Origin: Girardia tigrina
Lineage: Eukaryota
Assembly (NCBI GenBank): GCA_001938485.1
Contig: MQRK01214937.1
Coordinates: forward strand, 1-60,096
Reading direction: 5' to 3'
DNA: 60,096 nt
This document shows, piece after piece, positions 22,342-35,121 of this stretch. Both the position numbers and the translations under genes were made by a program. Within the stretch, counting starts at the first letter, position 1; every line of letters starts with the position of its first letter. The notes beneath the pieces are model-generated. The model worked only from the letters and a program-made list of their open reading frames with translations. It did no database searches and was not told the DNA's origin.

Positions 22342-24738
22342 CGTTTAAAAAAAAGAACATTAATTTGTGTTATCTAACATTTCAAATTAATTATATCAAA
22401 AATATATATAAATGTATATTTCCCTTTTTTACTCCTTTACTCAATGAATTTCCTTAGAGCTTTTTGCTTTTGAAATCAAATTATAGATCCTAGATTGGAT
22501 TTAAATTATTCGAACATAATACAATAAATGTTTTCGATAAACAAAATTATAGCTGGAATTATTATTGTTCTGAGAACCATTAAAAATGACACTGAATCAG
22601 ATAATGATCCGTTATTACATAGAATTGAACACGTCCCGAAATAATTTATCTTCAATTATGATTTGCAATAGTATAAACGGGAATAATCTTTGTTCCATAA
22701 AACCAGCATTATTATGGTACGACAATTAGAAACAAATTCTTTACCTCTTGAAAATCTCAGCCTTTAAGACAAATCATATTTTTATTTAGTAAATACAAAT
22801 ATTCTGTTTGTTCGAGTTGCAATGTGATTTTTGTCGCTTTCATCAACCGATCCTTCGAAACATACACCAGAAAAGAGATCATTGCCACCGAATAATGGTA
22901 AGGAAGGATCGTTTCCACCGATAAATTATTGGGAAATATTATGAAGAAAATGAAATGAAGTATAAAGAAATAACATCTACGACAAGTCATTTGAGATTTG
23001 GTATTTTCTGTTCCATGTGAGATAATAAATAAATAAAGAGAAATCAATTAATCGTCGTTCTAGATTGGTACATTTTTATACACTAGAGTCGGATTTCGTT
23101 TACATTTTCCGATCGTGGATACTTGGCATTTAATGTTACACCAAGGTGTCGATTATCCAAAAAAATAAACAGACGAAAAACGATGATGATAATCATGAAA
23201 GACAGTAATAATGAAAATAATAGCTAATTTTAATTATTTATATTTCAAATTAAATCTCCCTTTGTAAAATAAAAAAAATGCGTAAAATAGGAATCATATT
23301 AACGCAATTTAATAATTAGTAATATAAAATGATAATATTTATCACTTATTAAAGGATACTATTACTTAGGGTAAAGTAAAAGGTATCATTAAATGGAATG
23401 ATCTAACATTTATTTCAAATAAAGGATGAGAGAAATAAAACCGAATTGGATCAAGTGTTTGAAAATAGAGAATAAGAAATACATATCTGTTTAAATATGA
23501 TAATTGTTGAAAAGCGGTAACAAAATTAGTTTAAAAATAATAATAATAAAAATAAAAAAATAATCTCCCATAAGTCTATTAAAGACAAAGACTTTACTAC
23601 CAAGAACGTCACGAAAACCACTTATGACCTCAAACTAAACGAAATAAAATTAAGATTATATATGATAAAATTACCACGATTGGATGTTGTAAAGCGAGAA
23701 TCGTCATGGTGGATACATTGGAATTAACGAAATTACCACGGAGTGCGGAAATTGAACCTGCGCGCCCTTAGATTTTTATGATTGTTGGCCGTTCCAGATT
23801 TTGAGAATTTAGGAGGCAACAATAGGTCGTAACCGTTATGGTAGATATATACTTTTGAAAACGAAAATGATATGATTAACCATCGATGATCCTACTAAGA
23901 GCAACTAAGTCGGACTTAGTGGTGAAGTAGCGGCGGATACTTGGTAAGGCCGGTTAGCGAAAATATCAACGAACACCACAGACAGATCATAATAATAATT
24001 CTTCCCCAGTAGGTGGACTCTGAAGACGGAGAAAAATAACGACTGATCAGATCTGTACTTCTAATAAAACCGAGAAGAATAAACAACCTCTTAAAATGAA
24101 CACAAAGGAATACAACAACACAATGATAAAGAAACACTTAGATAATAAATATTTCTTTTCCAGTAGGTGGATTCCGAAGAAGTGAAGAGAAAGAGTTATT
24201 TATGAAAAGCCACAATAAGAGCTTTTAACTGACAAATAAATAGCTTCAATTTACCAAAAGGTGTTTTAAAATAAAAAATGAATATAAAGTGATATCAGTC
24301 CTAATAAACAATTAACGAAAAAGAAAAGTACATAATTAGTCCATAAGAGAGAGAACCTGGATAAAGTGAATTATAGATATAATGTGTTTAACCCTCTTCC
24401 TTCGTTCCTTGCTTTATTTTTTGTTGTTTGTTTTACTTCCTTTTCTTTCTTTTTCTTTCAGTTTTAAAAGTTGGAAAGGAAGACGCGAATACAATAAGAT
24501 TTTTGTGGTTTTAGAAAAAGAAAAGGAAAATAACACAATCTCAAGAGAGCAAGTTGAATTAAAGAAGATAACTACCATAAATAACAAACGTCAATTTCTT
24601 TTCAAAAGCAAGATTGATCTTCGAAGTCGATTTGCTAAAACCCAAGCGAACCAAAAAATTACCCAATATTACGAGAAGAGACCGAATATAATTCTAGTGA
24701 ATTCAAGGAAATCATTGGTGCCAATGCATGTCATAGCA

Positions 24739-25150
24739 AGACGCATGCAGACGCATGTGGATGGTCTCCAATAGCTCGTTTTCAACGATTACCATTATAT
24801 CTTGAAGGAATTGCTCTTACTCTGTATGTAAACGAGTTGGAGAAAAGAACCATTTCTGATTTTGCAGTAGCAGTAACCTTTCTTAAAGGACAATTTTTAA
24901 CGTCAATGACACCAACACAAAGATATAATAAATTTATAAGAAGACGACAATTTCCCGAGGAATCGATTTTTGAATATGCAACTGAACTAAAGAGACTGGC
25001 TCAAAATGTCAATGTATCGGATAAACCTGAAGATGCAATAAAGGATGAGCAAATACTTGCTATATTTATGGGATGAATAAAAGATCGACGAACATCTAAT
25101 CATCTATATCTACAAAAACCTACATCCTTAAATACGGCCATATCTATGGA
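24739..25150 (+). pseudogene. Gypsy-type gag (capsid) fragment
   Basis: ADACGWSPIARFQRLPLYLEGIA...FLKGQF...RRRQFPEESIFEYATELKRLAQ...FMG*I...PTSLNTAI. Confidence 0.85.
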
Positions 25151-25185
25151 GTCAAGAAGATGAAGTATATAAAAAAGATAAACCA

Positions 25186-27420
25186 TTGTGGCAGATAGCA
25201 GAAATTTTACGAGATCATTGGACTGAAATGACGCAAGAAAGTGTTGATGCCACAAGGGAATTGATAATTCGAATATCGAAGGAATATCAAGTCGATCCAA
25301 GAAAACTTAAATATCATGATGGTACCACTGAATATGAATTGCATTGTAATGAGCGAATACTGACCAGAGAATTATATGAAATACTTGGAATTGATCCAAA
25401 AGGATCAGAAATACTACAATATGACAAAAGACCTATCCCAAGCAATGATAGACCAATAACCGAATATGATCTCTGGCAAAATTTGAAAAAGATTGTCCCA
25501 ATCTTGAGGAAGATGAGTCAAAATGACAACTGGAAAAATTTGCCGTATCCCGGAAACCAATATCATGACTGTATTCAATGTATAAAGATGTATAATGAGT
25601 TTATAAAGATAATAGTGGGGGAAATGAATGTTGAAGGATCACTGTCAGAGGATAATGGAGCTCGGCTGACTATTAAATTAATCATTTCAAACGTAGAATC
25701 GGCCTTTGACACAATCCCAAATGAAAGCTAAAGATATTTAATAAGTACTATCAAATTGAGGGAGAGCAACTACCAGAACTCTGTAAATTAATTTAGAAAT
25801 GCGAGGAAACAATTAAAGGAGTAGATAACCCTAGGACTTATCAATTATATGTTATCTTTCCAAATTTCAACAAGTATCATCTTAGCGAGTTACATAGTTT
25901 AAATACGAGAGAAATAATCCATGATTTAATTAACTTCTATAATATATCAGAGAAGACAGAATTTATGGTTGAGGATTATTAATTGTTTCACCTGAGAACA
26001 CCAATCCAGATGGGTAAAAACTTATTCGAAAATGGAATCTGGCCACATTGTGAGACTGAAATTTATCTTATTTCCGCACAAGAAATACTATTGCCAACGA
26101 TGGACTGGGAGTTGGAACTCTAAAAACTCAAAGTATTTGCTGCTTGCCTCAATATTGAGGATATTACCTATATAAAGAAATTTCATCAAGAACTAGGTAT
26201 TGCGGATAAAGTTTACAGCCAAATACTTGACATTTTACAAAACTTCCATCTTTTAACATTTGAATTGAGCAATATGGGAGAAATAATAAATCTTATTCAA
26301 GATTTACGGAATATAATTCCTGAAACAAAGCAACATGTAATAAATGAAATATTACAGAAATTTGCAAGGAACAAAACTTGTGAATTATTAAATCTATGGG
26401 TATATTTCCCCGATGAGACTGTCATCACAGTAGAGATATCCAGATCCACCGACAATGAAACACTCTACAAAATAATTTAAAAAATAATTGAAGAAAAAAC
26501 CAAAGACGAAGGGGAAATTGATTTCAAATTAGTGTATAATGGTACAAGAATCAAACGTAACAGTAAATTAGTTGTTAACAGTGGGCTATGGAATGGACGA
26601 AGATTATATGTATTGAATTGGAAAGATTTGGAAGAAGATTCTACCAGAAATGCTCGATTTTGTCGAGAAATGAATGAAAAATTTCAAAGGCTATATGGAA
26701 AATATGTTCAACCAGTAATAAAAAATCTTGGTGTATATAACAAAAAAGAAAACATTACAGAATGTTCAACAAAAGATTCCGAAGATATCCAGATAATATC
26801 CGAACAGTCATCAATGATAGAAATAAATACATTAGAGGAAAATAGAGATAAAAGTTTATCATCCCTCTGTATTGATGAAGACGAGAGATTAACGAAAGAA
26901 AATAACGATTTAAAACGAATTAAATTTCTCCTTTGTCATAACAAAATGAAGAAAGAGGAAATAATATCTATATTAACAGATTTAGACCCATTATTAGTGC
27001 CGTTACATGAGTTGAGGGTATTATTATACCTCTGTGAAAGATCAAAATTTATTCGAGAGTGGATACCTACTAGAATAGAGTTATTATTAGATATATGGAT
27101 TAGAAGGAAATAGAAACTGATGAAATAAAATATAAAATAAAGGTGGTAATGCTAACTAAAGAAAATAGTCAGACATTTACATTACCTATATATGCTACAA
27201 TTAATGATATTAAGCATTTATTACCATATAGAGATAATTATAACATAATAATTGATGGTAACCTTCATGAAAATGATGTTTATCTCGGTCTGACAAATTT
27301 GGATGAGGAAATCGAAAATGAAATAGAATTAGAATTACCGGAAAAACAGAAATGGTTATTAAAAGTATGGAACCCTCCACAAATGGAAGAAAATGGCACC
27401 GAAATAACTAATCAGAAATT
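25186..27420 (+). pseudogene. Accessory polyprotein region with about four ubiquitin-like (beta-grasp) domains
   Basis: Repeated ~70-80 aa units with ubiquitin-like pattern, e.g. NLWVYFPDETVITVEISRSTDNETLYKII*KII...FKLVYNGTRIKRNSKLVVNSGLWNGRRLYVL. Long reading frames are broken only by scattered stops and frameshifts. Confidence 0.55.
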
Positions 27421-27472
27421 TGAAGGAAAAAATTTTGAAGAAGTATTAAAGGCATCAAAAGGATCACCTTTG

Positions 27473-29300
27473 ATGACAATATTAATGATAATGTTGATTC
27501 TATTTTCAAATATTGCGAAGTTTAATGCATTTTATGGCTATGATTGTGATAATATGGAAATTGGAGCAAAGCAATATTCACTACTAGACACCGAAGACTG
27601 TCCAGAGGCCACGCCATCAACATTCATAAGTATTAGTAATAATACAATATATCACGTATATCAGGAATCACTTTATCAAACAGTGGCGATTAGAGAATGT
27701 AAAGTATTTAGAAGAAGATTTGCCTTCAACTGTGGATATCGCTCCTGGACATCAATAGTTAGTGATGGGTTAACAAAAGAAACAATTCATCTCACAAGAC
27801 AACAATGTGAAGACGGCTTTGTTACTAGAGAAATTAAAATTGAGGATTCAAGAGTAAGAGCCGTAAAAAAACGCAATCACGTATTCAAAAATCAATAGAG
27901 CAGGAAGAGTTACGTCAACGGCTGGCGATTGTGAAGAAGGTATATTTTCCTTGAATGGCGAAGTTGCGAAGCACATAGTAGTGATAGATACTTTCGAAGT
28001 AGAATTGAAAGAATTTAAAGGACATTTTGATGCCAATATGGGGGAAATGAAAACACACCATAAGTGTTTCACAAAAGACAGATCTTGCGAATATGGATCA
28101 TCAATATTGATTTATGATGTTAGAACGGAAGAATGCAACGTTGTGCTACTTAAAACAGCAACATTTGATGAATTTAAGTGACAAAATCTTAGAGAACCCG
28201 ATGATGAAGAAGTTATTGAAAGTCAAACCAGCCAAGAGGAAATTTAAAAAAAGGTTATTGGAAATAAAAGGAAAAGTGTACAATTGCAAGCTGAAGATAC
28301 TCCAACAGCCTTAATTACTAATAAAAAATAGGAATGGATGCACTTCATTAAAGGAGATCACTAAATGTGGGAGGCAAGTATTCAAAACAAATTACAGGGA
28401 GATTTATGTTAGTAGATATAAACTACCAACAATTTTTGGACAAATAAGTCCGGAAGATATGAATCATGAGTCCTATTTTAATAATAAAATGGAATTTCTG
28501 TACCATAGAGGTTTGTCAAATTTAGAACATACCTATTTCGACTTAATAAAAAATGATTGTAAACTAAATAAGGAATTACTGCGAACTAAATTAGCAATGT
28601 CAGTCACTAATGTCGATTTTATAGTACCTTTACCTCCTTTAAAACCTGCGGAATTTTGGAGAATTGTTGGAGAGGCTATGTTCATATACAAATGTGAAAA
28701 GGTAGTATTGAATATCATAGCAGAAAACACAGAATGTACAAATGAGTTGAAAATAAAACTCAAAGGACAAACTCGTTATGTCCAACCAATTACTAGACTA
28801 ATTTTACCAATAGAGTTCACACCTCTTAGAATAAACTGTTCAATAATAATGGCTCCTCTTTATAGAAATGACAACGGTAAATGGGTACGATTGCCAGATT
28901 TCCAACCTTTACTCACAGAACCACTACAATTTAGCTTAATGAAATTGGAAAAGGGTCGAAGATTTGAATCTATTAATATTAAAGATATTGGTTATTATAG
29001 TGATGTCGACTTTAAAAGAGCTAAAAAACATATATTTTTCCCTATAGCAAGGAATCAAATTATTTCTAAAATAATACATACGGTAGCATCAGACATGGCA
29101 GGGTATCAGAAACCTGATTTTGAACTGTTACTTTCACCGGATCATTTTTCAAAAGCAGCTCATAATGTAATGGAAAGACTATGGGGGAAATTCATTATTT
29201 TTGGTCAAGCAGCTTCAGGAGTATTAGCTATTATTATCATGTGAAGTATGATAAAAACTATAATAGCTCAATTATTGGCGTGTTTTGACGTCTACAAAGA
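27473..29300 (+). pseudogene. env: Envelope glycoprotein, chuvirus-G / herpes gB-like (class III fusogen), disrupted
   Basis: Signal-like MTILMIMLILFSNIA, then GYDC...YSLLDTEDC, FNCG, QQC, C(K)LNKELL, GEAMFIYKC, CTNEL, QPITRLI, NCS..MAPLY, WGKFIIFG and a C-terminal TM segment. Confidence 0.82.
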
Positions 29301-29757
29301 TGTTGGGTATTTGATTAGCATTTGATTTGAACACAAAATCAGAAGGATTTGTTTGGTGTTTGGCGCTCAATTACCTAACCTAACGTTTAAACTCGATGAA
29401 CTCTTTGACTCCAATAAATAACAAAGCTTCTTCAATAATCGTTTATTTCAAATTACAATTACAGTCTTGAGCAAAGGTTTGTACAACTTTTGAATGATTG
29501 GAGGCGAGAATATAAGGTGCTATACAGCTTAAAGATATAAATAAAATCTAAGATCCTATACAGGAATTATTGAAATATTTTGCTTTTCCGATTTTTATTT
29601 TTTGTTTGAGTTTTATTTTTTATTTTTTATTTTCTTTTTTATAAATACAAATATTGCTCTATTTATACTAAAGCTTAATTACAAATATATAAAATATAAT
29701 TTTATTTTTTTTAAAATAAAATTAAAAAAAATTTTGTTAAAATTATTTATTTATAAA

Positions 29758-29900
29758 GGACATTAAGGCCGTCAACAAAATTAATTAGGTCATTAAGGCC
29801 GTATTGAATTTCATTCTAGGCCATTAAGGCCATCATCTAAACCCATTAGGCCATTACGGCCGTCAATTTATTTTGCTTCAAGATTAATGGCCTAATGGCC
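29758..29900. repeat. ~30-bp-period array of GGCCATTAAGGCC-like motifs (possible DNA-transposon subterminal repeats)
   Basis: Four direct units (cattaaggccgt, cattaaggccgt, cattaaggccat, cattacggccgt) plus an inverted ggcctaatggcc. Confidence 0.65.
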
Positions 29901-30005
29901 AATTTTTATTGGTCGGCTGTTAAGCCGATGCAACAAAAAGAGAAATATTCCCTAAATTTTGTCATTATTTTTCATTTTTTTTAAAAGTAAGCTATTTTTT
30001 TAATT

Positions 30006-30073
30006 ATATAAATATATATATATNNNNNNNNNNNNNNNNNNNNNNNNNNNNNNNNNNNNNNNNNNNNNNNNNN

Positions 30074-30123
<50 letters not shown>
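30006..30123. repeat. (TA)n microsatellite spanning a gap
   Basis: Seen directly in the sequence. Confidence 0.95.
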
Positions 30124-30128
<5 letters not shown>

Positions 30129-30745
30129 ATATTTTTTTGCAAGCTAAAACAATAGGATCCCAAAATTCAGAAACGTTCCGGGAATGAGGCGATAGTTCCT
30201 CATTCCCAGGATTGATCGAAAATGGATCCTCAAGCATCCTTTGTTTTTTTTTATTTATTTATTTTTTTTATATATAATATTTCCAAATTACCGTATGGTA
30301 TATAATTTATTTATTATTCTTTATTTATATGAATATATATATTTTTTAAAACATAACCTCAACAAATCTTCCCCTTTTAATAAATATTGTCCTCAATATT
30401 ATCCTTTTTTCTTTAACAAAAAAATAATAATAGAAATTAAAACTAAAGTTTATTAAATAAAATTAAAGTTTTCTTTTTTTTGTGTTTGTTTTTCAATTTC
30501 CATGTAATTATTTGTCCATCTTTCGCTTCATATTCAATTTCTTCGGTACGTCTCTTGAAGGTTTTTCCATTGACGATGAGCTTCGAATAGATTATCTGCG
30601 CATTTTTGTCTGGGGAAACCTCCGTAGTAACGTTCTTCGCAATTGATAATTTGCTTTTCTTGATCTGTTGAATTTCCGCTTTTTGTTGTTCTAAATTTCC
30701 TTCTGCTGATGGGTTTTCATTAAATAATTTTTCAATCGATAACTC

Positions 30746-31489
30746 TTACTCCCATATTTCAATTTCAGGAGTATTATCATCTAAGTCGACTGAGTTTTCA
30801 TTCCAGGCCTGAAGAATGTTTTCAATTGGATCTTTCCAGCCACTGTTGACATTGTTTTGATCCAACACTGTACTAGATGGATTTAAATTTTTGTCCAAAG
30901 AATCCACTGTCAAAATTGGATTTATCCTTTCCACTACATCTGGAGGGTGCTGAGATGATGTTGAAGGTATTCCGGAGTTGAAATCATCGATGAATTCATC
31001 CTCGATTTTCCGATAAATGTCATACACAGCTCGTGCATCCTCCTGTGAATTGTGCTTTCCCGGTCTTTGAATTTCTTTACCCAGAAGAACGGATGCGACA
31101 TCCTGCAACTTATTGTATTGACCTTCTCCCTTTGGGTACATATTCCATTTTTCCAGCGCTCTTGCGGTTGCCAAGTCTCTTATACCCAGTAGAGACTTCT
31201 TGTCGATGCACAGATGTGTGACTTCCATCTGTAAATCGTGTCCAACAAGGATTTTTCCCTTGCAGATTTCTCTGATTCTTTTAAGGATGTCATACTCATC
31301 CAGCTGCCTCCGAAGCTGTCTTTCTGTAAGTCCATGGACTTTGGTACCTAATTGTTCAATTCGATGTCTTGGAGTGATCAAGCAATCTATAACGGTTTTT
31401 CCTTCCTTGTTCAATATTGTAACCGACACTGACACTCTCGAATTGTCAGCCATTTTACACGAGAATTCAGCATCTAAAAACAATAAGTG
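30746..31489 (-). CDS. DEDDh 3'-5' exonuclease (REX4/ISG20/RNase T-like) carried by the retroelement; part of a longer decayed ORF (~32180-30500)
   Basis: LFLDAEF (ExoI), TKVHGLT, KILVGHDLQME (ExoII), IRDLA, KLQDVASVLLGKEIQ and HNSQEDARAVYDIY (ExoIII). Confidence 0.88.
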   Translation of the reverse strand, partial: HLLFLDAEFSCKMADNSRVSVSVTILNKEGKTVIDCLITPRHRIEQLGTKVHGLTERQLRRQLDEYDILKRIREICKGKILVGHDLQMEVTHLCIDKKSLLGIRDLATARALEKWNMYPKGEGQYNKLQDVASVLLGKEIQRPGKHNSQEDARAVYDIYRKIEDEFIDDFNSGIPSTSSQHPPDVVERINPILTVDSLDKNLNPSSTVLDQNNVNSGWKDPIENILQAWNENSVDLDDNTPEIEIWE

Positions 31490-32029
31490 TTGTCTTATTT
31501 CCTATTTCTCCAAATGTTTTCGGATAAAGCTTTTCCGGTGATTAAAATCCTTTTCGGTTGGGTTATAGACAGAACCAACTAGATGACCTTCATCTTTATA
31601 TAATTTCGGATTATAATTGGCCTTTGGGTATTATCTGTATTCGACCGCAACGATAGCCGGTCGATCCGCAGCTTGTATAAAAAGGTTTTTGTCATCGACA
31701 GTTATGCGCCATTTTGACGATCGAGCACCGAATTGATAGACTTCTCCTTGTTGAAAACCTTTACGAGTTCAGCGGCAATATGTAGTTCAATGTCGCCATT
31801 GGACATTTCGTAACATATGTCTGAGATCATTTTGGATTGATTGTTGAAAATTAATTCAAGGTAGATCTCCATTTCGAAATCCGTTGTCCGAATATAATTA
31901 GGGAAAGCAAGATTGTCACGGAGTCACCTTTTGAATTGTCCCGTTCGAGTACTCAACATGTTGCAAAATTCCACATAGATTTTGCCGGATCTCGTAGTCG
32001 ATTTTTGAAGCATTGACTGTTTCATTGGT

Positions 32030-32173
32030 TTGATGGATCTGGATTGAATTGGATTGATGGATCTGGATTGAACTTGATTGATGGATCTGAATTGAACTGG
32101 ATTGATGGATCTGGATTGAACTTGATTGATGGATCTGAATTGAACTGGATTGATGGATCTGGATTGAATTGGA
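32030..32173 (-). repeat. 6 x 24-bp tandem repeat, probably coding ([PQ][IV]Q[SF]RSIN)
   Basis: Units TTGATGGATCTG(G/A)ATTGAA(T/C)T(G/T)GA read in frame into KPMKQSMLQKSTTRSGKIYVEFCN. Confidence 0.88.
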
Positions 32174-32539
32174 AAACGTGAGATTGTTTGAAAATTTTCT
32201 TATTAAAATTTTTTTGGCAAAATTTATTACGTTATATAGTATATATATATATTAAATTTATTATTGATTTTTTTTTAAAAAATTAAAGAGAAATTTTTCT
32301 CTCCTCCAATCATGATACATATTGTTTTTGTACTTTATGAAAATACAGATGGCACAACGAGATAAAATAAAATAAAATAAGATAAAATAAAATAAAATGT
32401 CACTAAATACAATAAATTAAGTGTTACTTTCGTCGTTTTTATACCAGCGTTGACAGGACCTCTGCACTCCTTTCAGGTTCAAGATGATCCTTTGCAACAC
32501 AAGATTTGATATAAAGAATTGCTCTACGTAGGAAAATTA

Positions 32540-33630
32540 GACAGGTGATGATGATTGTCGCAGATACGACAATAGATAAGAATAAAAGTTTAGTTTAATG
32601 ATCAAAAGACTTTCATTTTTTGTAACAGTAATGTTCGATTGCATTTTCAGATTTTTAGAAGAAGAGAGTGTAATTGGTGATTGTTTGACTGTTGAGGGCT
32701 TGCTTTTATTAACGAAGGTAGAAGGTATCATAAGCTTCTTGAGATCAACGAGAGTAGTTCTCCAACAATTGTCACTTTTGAAGAATGATACATATAGAAG
32801 TTTGATGGCATATTCTTCTCCATAATTTAGATCTCTGACGACTTATCTTGTTATTGATTGATTTAATATTATCATATATTCGATTCCCATAAAGGTTGAG
32901 GATATGATTACTTTTTCATTTTTTTGTGATTTTCTGTAAAACTGTATTGAATTCTTCATTATAGTAATTTTAACTTGGTTTGTCAGATTAATGATATCCA
33001 TTGTATAACTTTCAGCATAAACAAGGTTCCAATGTTGCATTGAATATTGTTGATCATTGTCTATATACGCTTCAGAATATGTTATGTTAAATACATATTG
33101 TTTATTAATTTCCAGATTATCGATCTTGAGAAACTTAGTTGGATACATTATTTTTTTAGAGAAAAGATTGGAATCCTTTGATACTTTATAATGATTTTTA
33201 TCAATTTGTTTGATTTTAGGTTGATACTGACACTCAACCATGTAGGGTCGATGGTCAGCATTTTGGACCATCTCTTTGTCCAAACAGCCATGACCGTAAT
33301 ATATTGCGGTTCAACTCCAGTGGAGTTTTCATTCTCCCAGTATTTGATTCGAAATGTATAGGGGTGATTAATTTTTAAATCTCGCATTATAACTGTTTTT
33401 ATTGTATTTTTTTAACATTATATGATTTGAAGATTACCCTTCTCTAGTGTTGACTGAAATATTTCAATTAAATTACATTGACAATTCCAAATTATCATAT
33501 TATAGGATGAGAAAACCTTTAACTGATTCAGCATTGGTAATTCCGTTTTTGCAGGAAAATAATTAACATTTTGAGCTTGGGATAAAGGTATGGTAAGCCA
33601 ACAAATCCACGGGATAATTGATAGATAATT
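32540..33630 (-). pseudogene. Accessory secreted/membrane ORF downstream of integrase, with FnIII-like beta strands
   Basis: Signal-like YLSIIPWICWLTIPLSQA, then the repeated motif DLKINHPYTFRIKY / NLEINKQYVFNITY. Confidence 0.4.
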
Positions 33631-33659
33631 GTAATTTTTACTTTTCTTTGGTTTATCCA

Positions 33660-34200
33660 TTTTTTGATTCTCATTTTTCTCACAAACTCTGTACGGTCCT
33701 TTGTACGGTCTTTTTAATTTAGCCGAAATGCCCTTTTTCGGTTCTGGTTTGTGCAAATAAACCAAACCTCCAATTTTCAAATCATGATCTTTAGCCTTCT
33801 TGTCGTAAGCTTCTTTGTATTCTTCTTGATTATATTTGATCTTTAAACCTGCTTTTTCCCAAGCTAATTGCATTCTTTCTTGCATTAACATTTTATAATT
33901 AGGAACTTCGACGGAATGAGTTTCTGGTTGTTGATAATTCAAATTAATAGGCATATTGTTTTTTCGTAGGTACATTAGATAAAAAGGTGTTTCTTGTGTG
34001 CTGGGATGCACAGCATTATTATAAGCATAAACACATGGTTTCAAATGAACGTCCCAATCAGTTTGTCCATCATTAACATAAGACTCAATCATGTTCAGTA
34101 TTGTTCCATTAAATCTTTCGACAAGTCCATCAGTTTGAGGAAGATAAGCCGATGTATTAATTTTTGTTATTGAAAAATAGTCTGTAACACATTTGAAAAA
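33660..34200 (-). pseudogene. Gypsy integrase core C-terminal half and GPY/F domain
   Basis: TSAYLPQTDGLVERFNGTI, WDVHL, YAYNNAVHPSTQETPFYLMY, KLKRPYKGPYRV. Confidence 0.93.
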
Positions 34201-34204
34201 TATT

Positions 34205-34468
34205 ATCAAAAGAAAACAAACGAATATCAGTTATCGGAGCAGTACAATGCAATTCAAAGGAAATATTTGTATGATTGACTACAAACTTTAACTTTTGATT
34301 TAAAACATTTAATCATTTGTGATCTGAATTTATTATAATTATATCATATAATCTTAGATTGTGTAACTCTTTCATGCTATGAGTGTTGTCTCAAAGATTT
34401 TATCTGTAGTGATTAGATTATTTTTATTGTACGATTCCGGGGCGGAATCTACGTAAATCCCCCAGTAA
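34205..34468 (+). mobile_element. 3' end of the family A internal region
   Basis: Similar to 43640-43872, including the hairpin GATTCCGGGGCGGAATC shortly before the LTR start. Confidence 0.65.
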
Positions 34469-35121
34469 TGTTGGGATCCCAGGATTTGCTTGGGCGTCAA
34501 TTTTAATTATTTAATTAATTGATTAATTGTAATGACCTAATTAATGGACGAAATTAATTAATAGACGCCCACGCATTCCTTGTTTAATTAATTGCATTTA
34601 TTAATTATCTTTTTTCCGGGACACATAAAGCCTTTGATTTGACAAGGGTCCCTATTAAATTTCTGTAAGGTTATACTTTCAGTAACATTTTGGACATGCA
34701 ACGTATTCTATTTCATGAGAATGTCTTGTTTTTGGTTTGATTAGTTTTGATTCTTGTATAAATATGTGCTCGATTTTTGTAATGTTATAATAAAAAATAA
34801 ACGTATTACACATTTTTGGACTCTGTTTTTGGTAAAATTTTTTGTTTTGTGGAGGACGGAGAGTTGAGGTTTTGATGGTCGCCGATCTGTCGACAGGTAA
34901 CGGCAGGTGCTTTTAGTGCCTGCCGCGTCTGTTGACGATCTGGCAACTGAAGAGGATGTAATACTCTCCAAAACATTTTATAATATCACCTGAAGAACTC
35001 AACTCACCAACCTCTGTCAACCTCTTTCTTTTTGTTTTTCTTTTGTGTTGATGCTTAAAAGAAATGTTCATCGTCATTATCATTCTTCTCTTTTAGGAAT
35101 GCAAATTATGTTGAGCAAAAC
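34469..35121 (+). mobile_element. Family A 3' LTR, left part
   Basis: Starts TGTTGGGATCC, the inverse of the LTR end. Matches 17441-18030 and breaks at GCAAAAC. Confidence 0.87.

Larger units (their letters stand above)
29301..34200 (-). mobile_element. 3' part of a second Gypsy-type element in opposite orientation (integrase, accessory ORFs, probable 3' LTR ~30165-29301)
   Basis: Integrase is on the minus strand. The minus-strand LTR-like termini are TTTTGGGATCC (~30165) and TACCCAACA (29301). The insertion interrupts the env tail. Confidence 0.65.

Noticed and set aside
24382-24774. 130-aa ORF upstream of gag
   Set aside because: Low-complexity T-rich then A-rich leader sequence, out of frame with gag.
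29758-29900. CRISPR-like repeat/spacer pattern
   Set aside because: The repeat is only ~13 bp and includes an inverted unit, which fits transposon subterminal repeats better.
32030-32173. CRISPR-like array
   Set aside because: The units are contiguous 24-mers without spacers, the context is eukaryotic and there are no cas genes.
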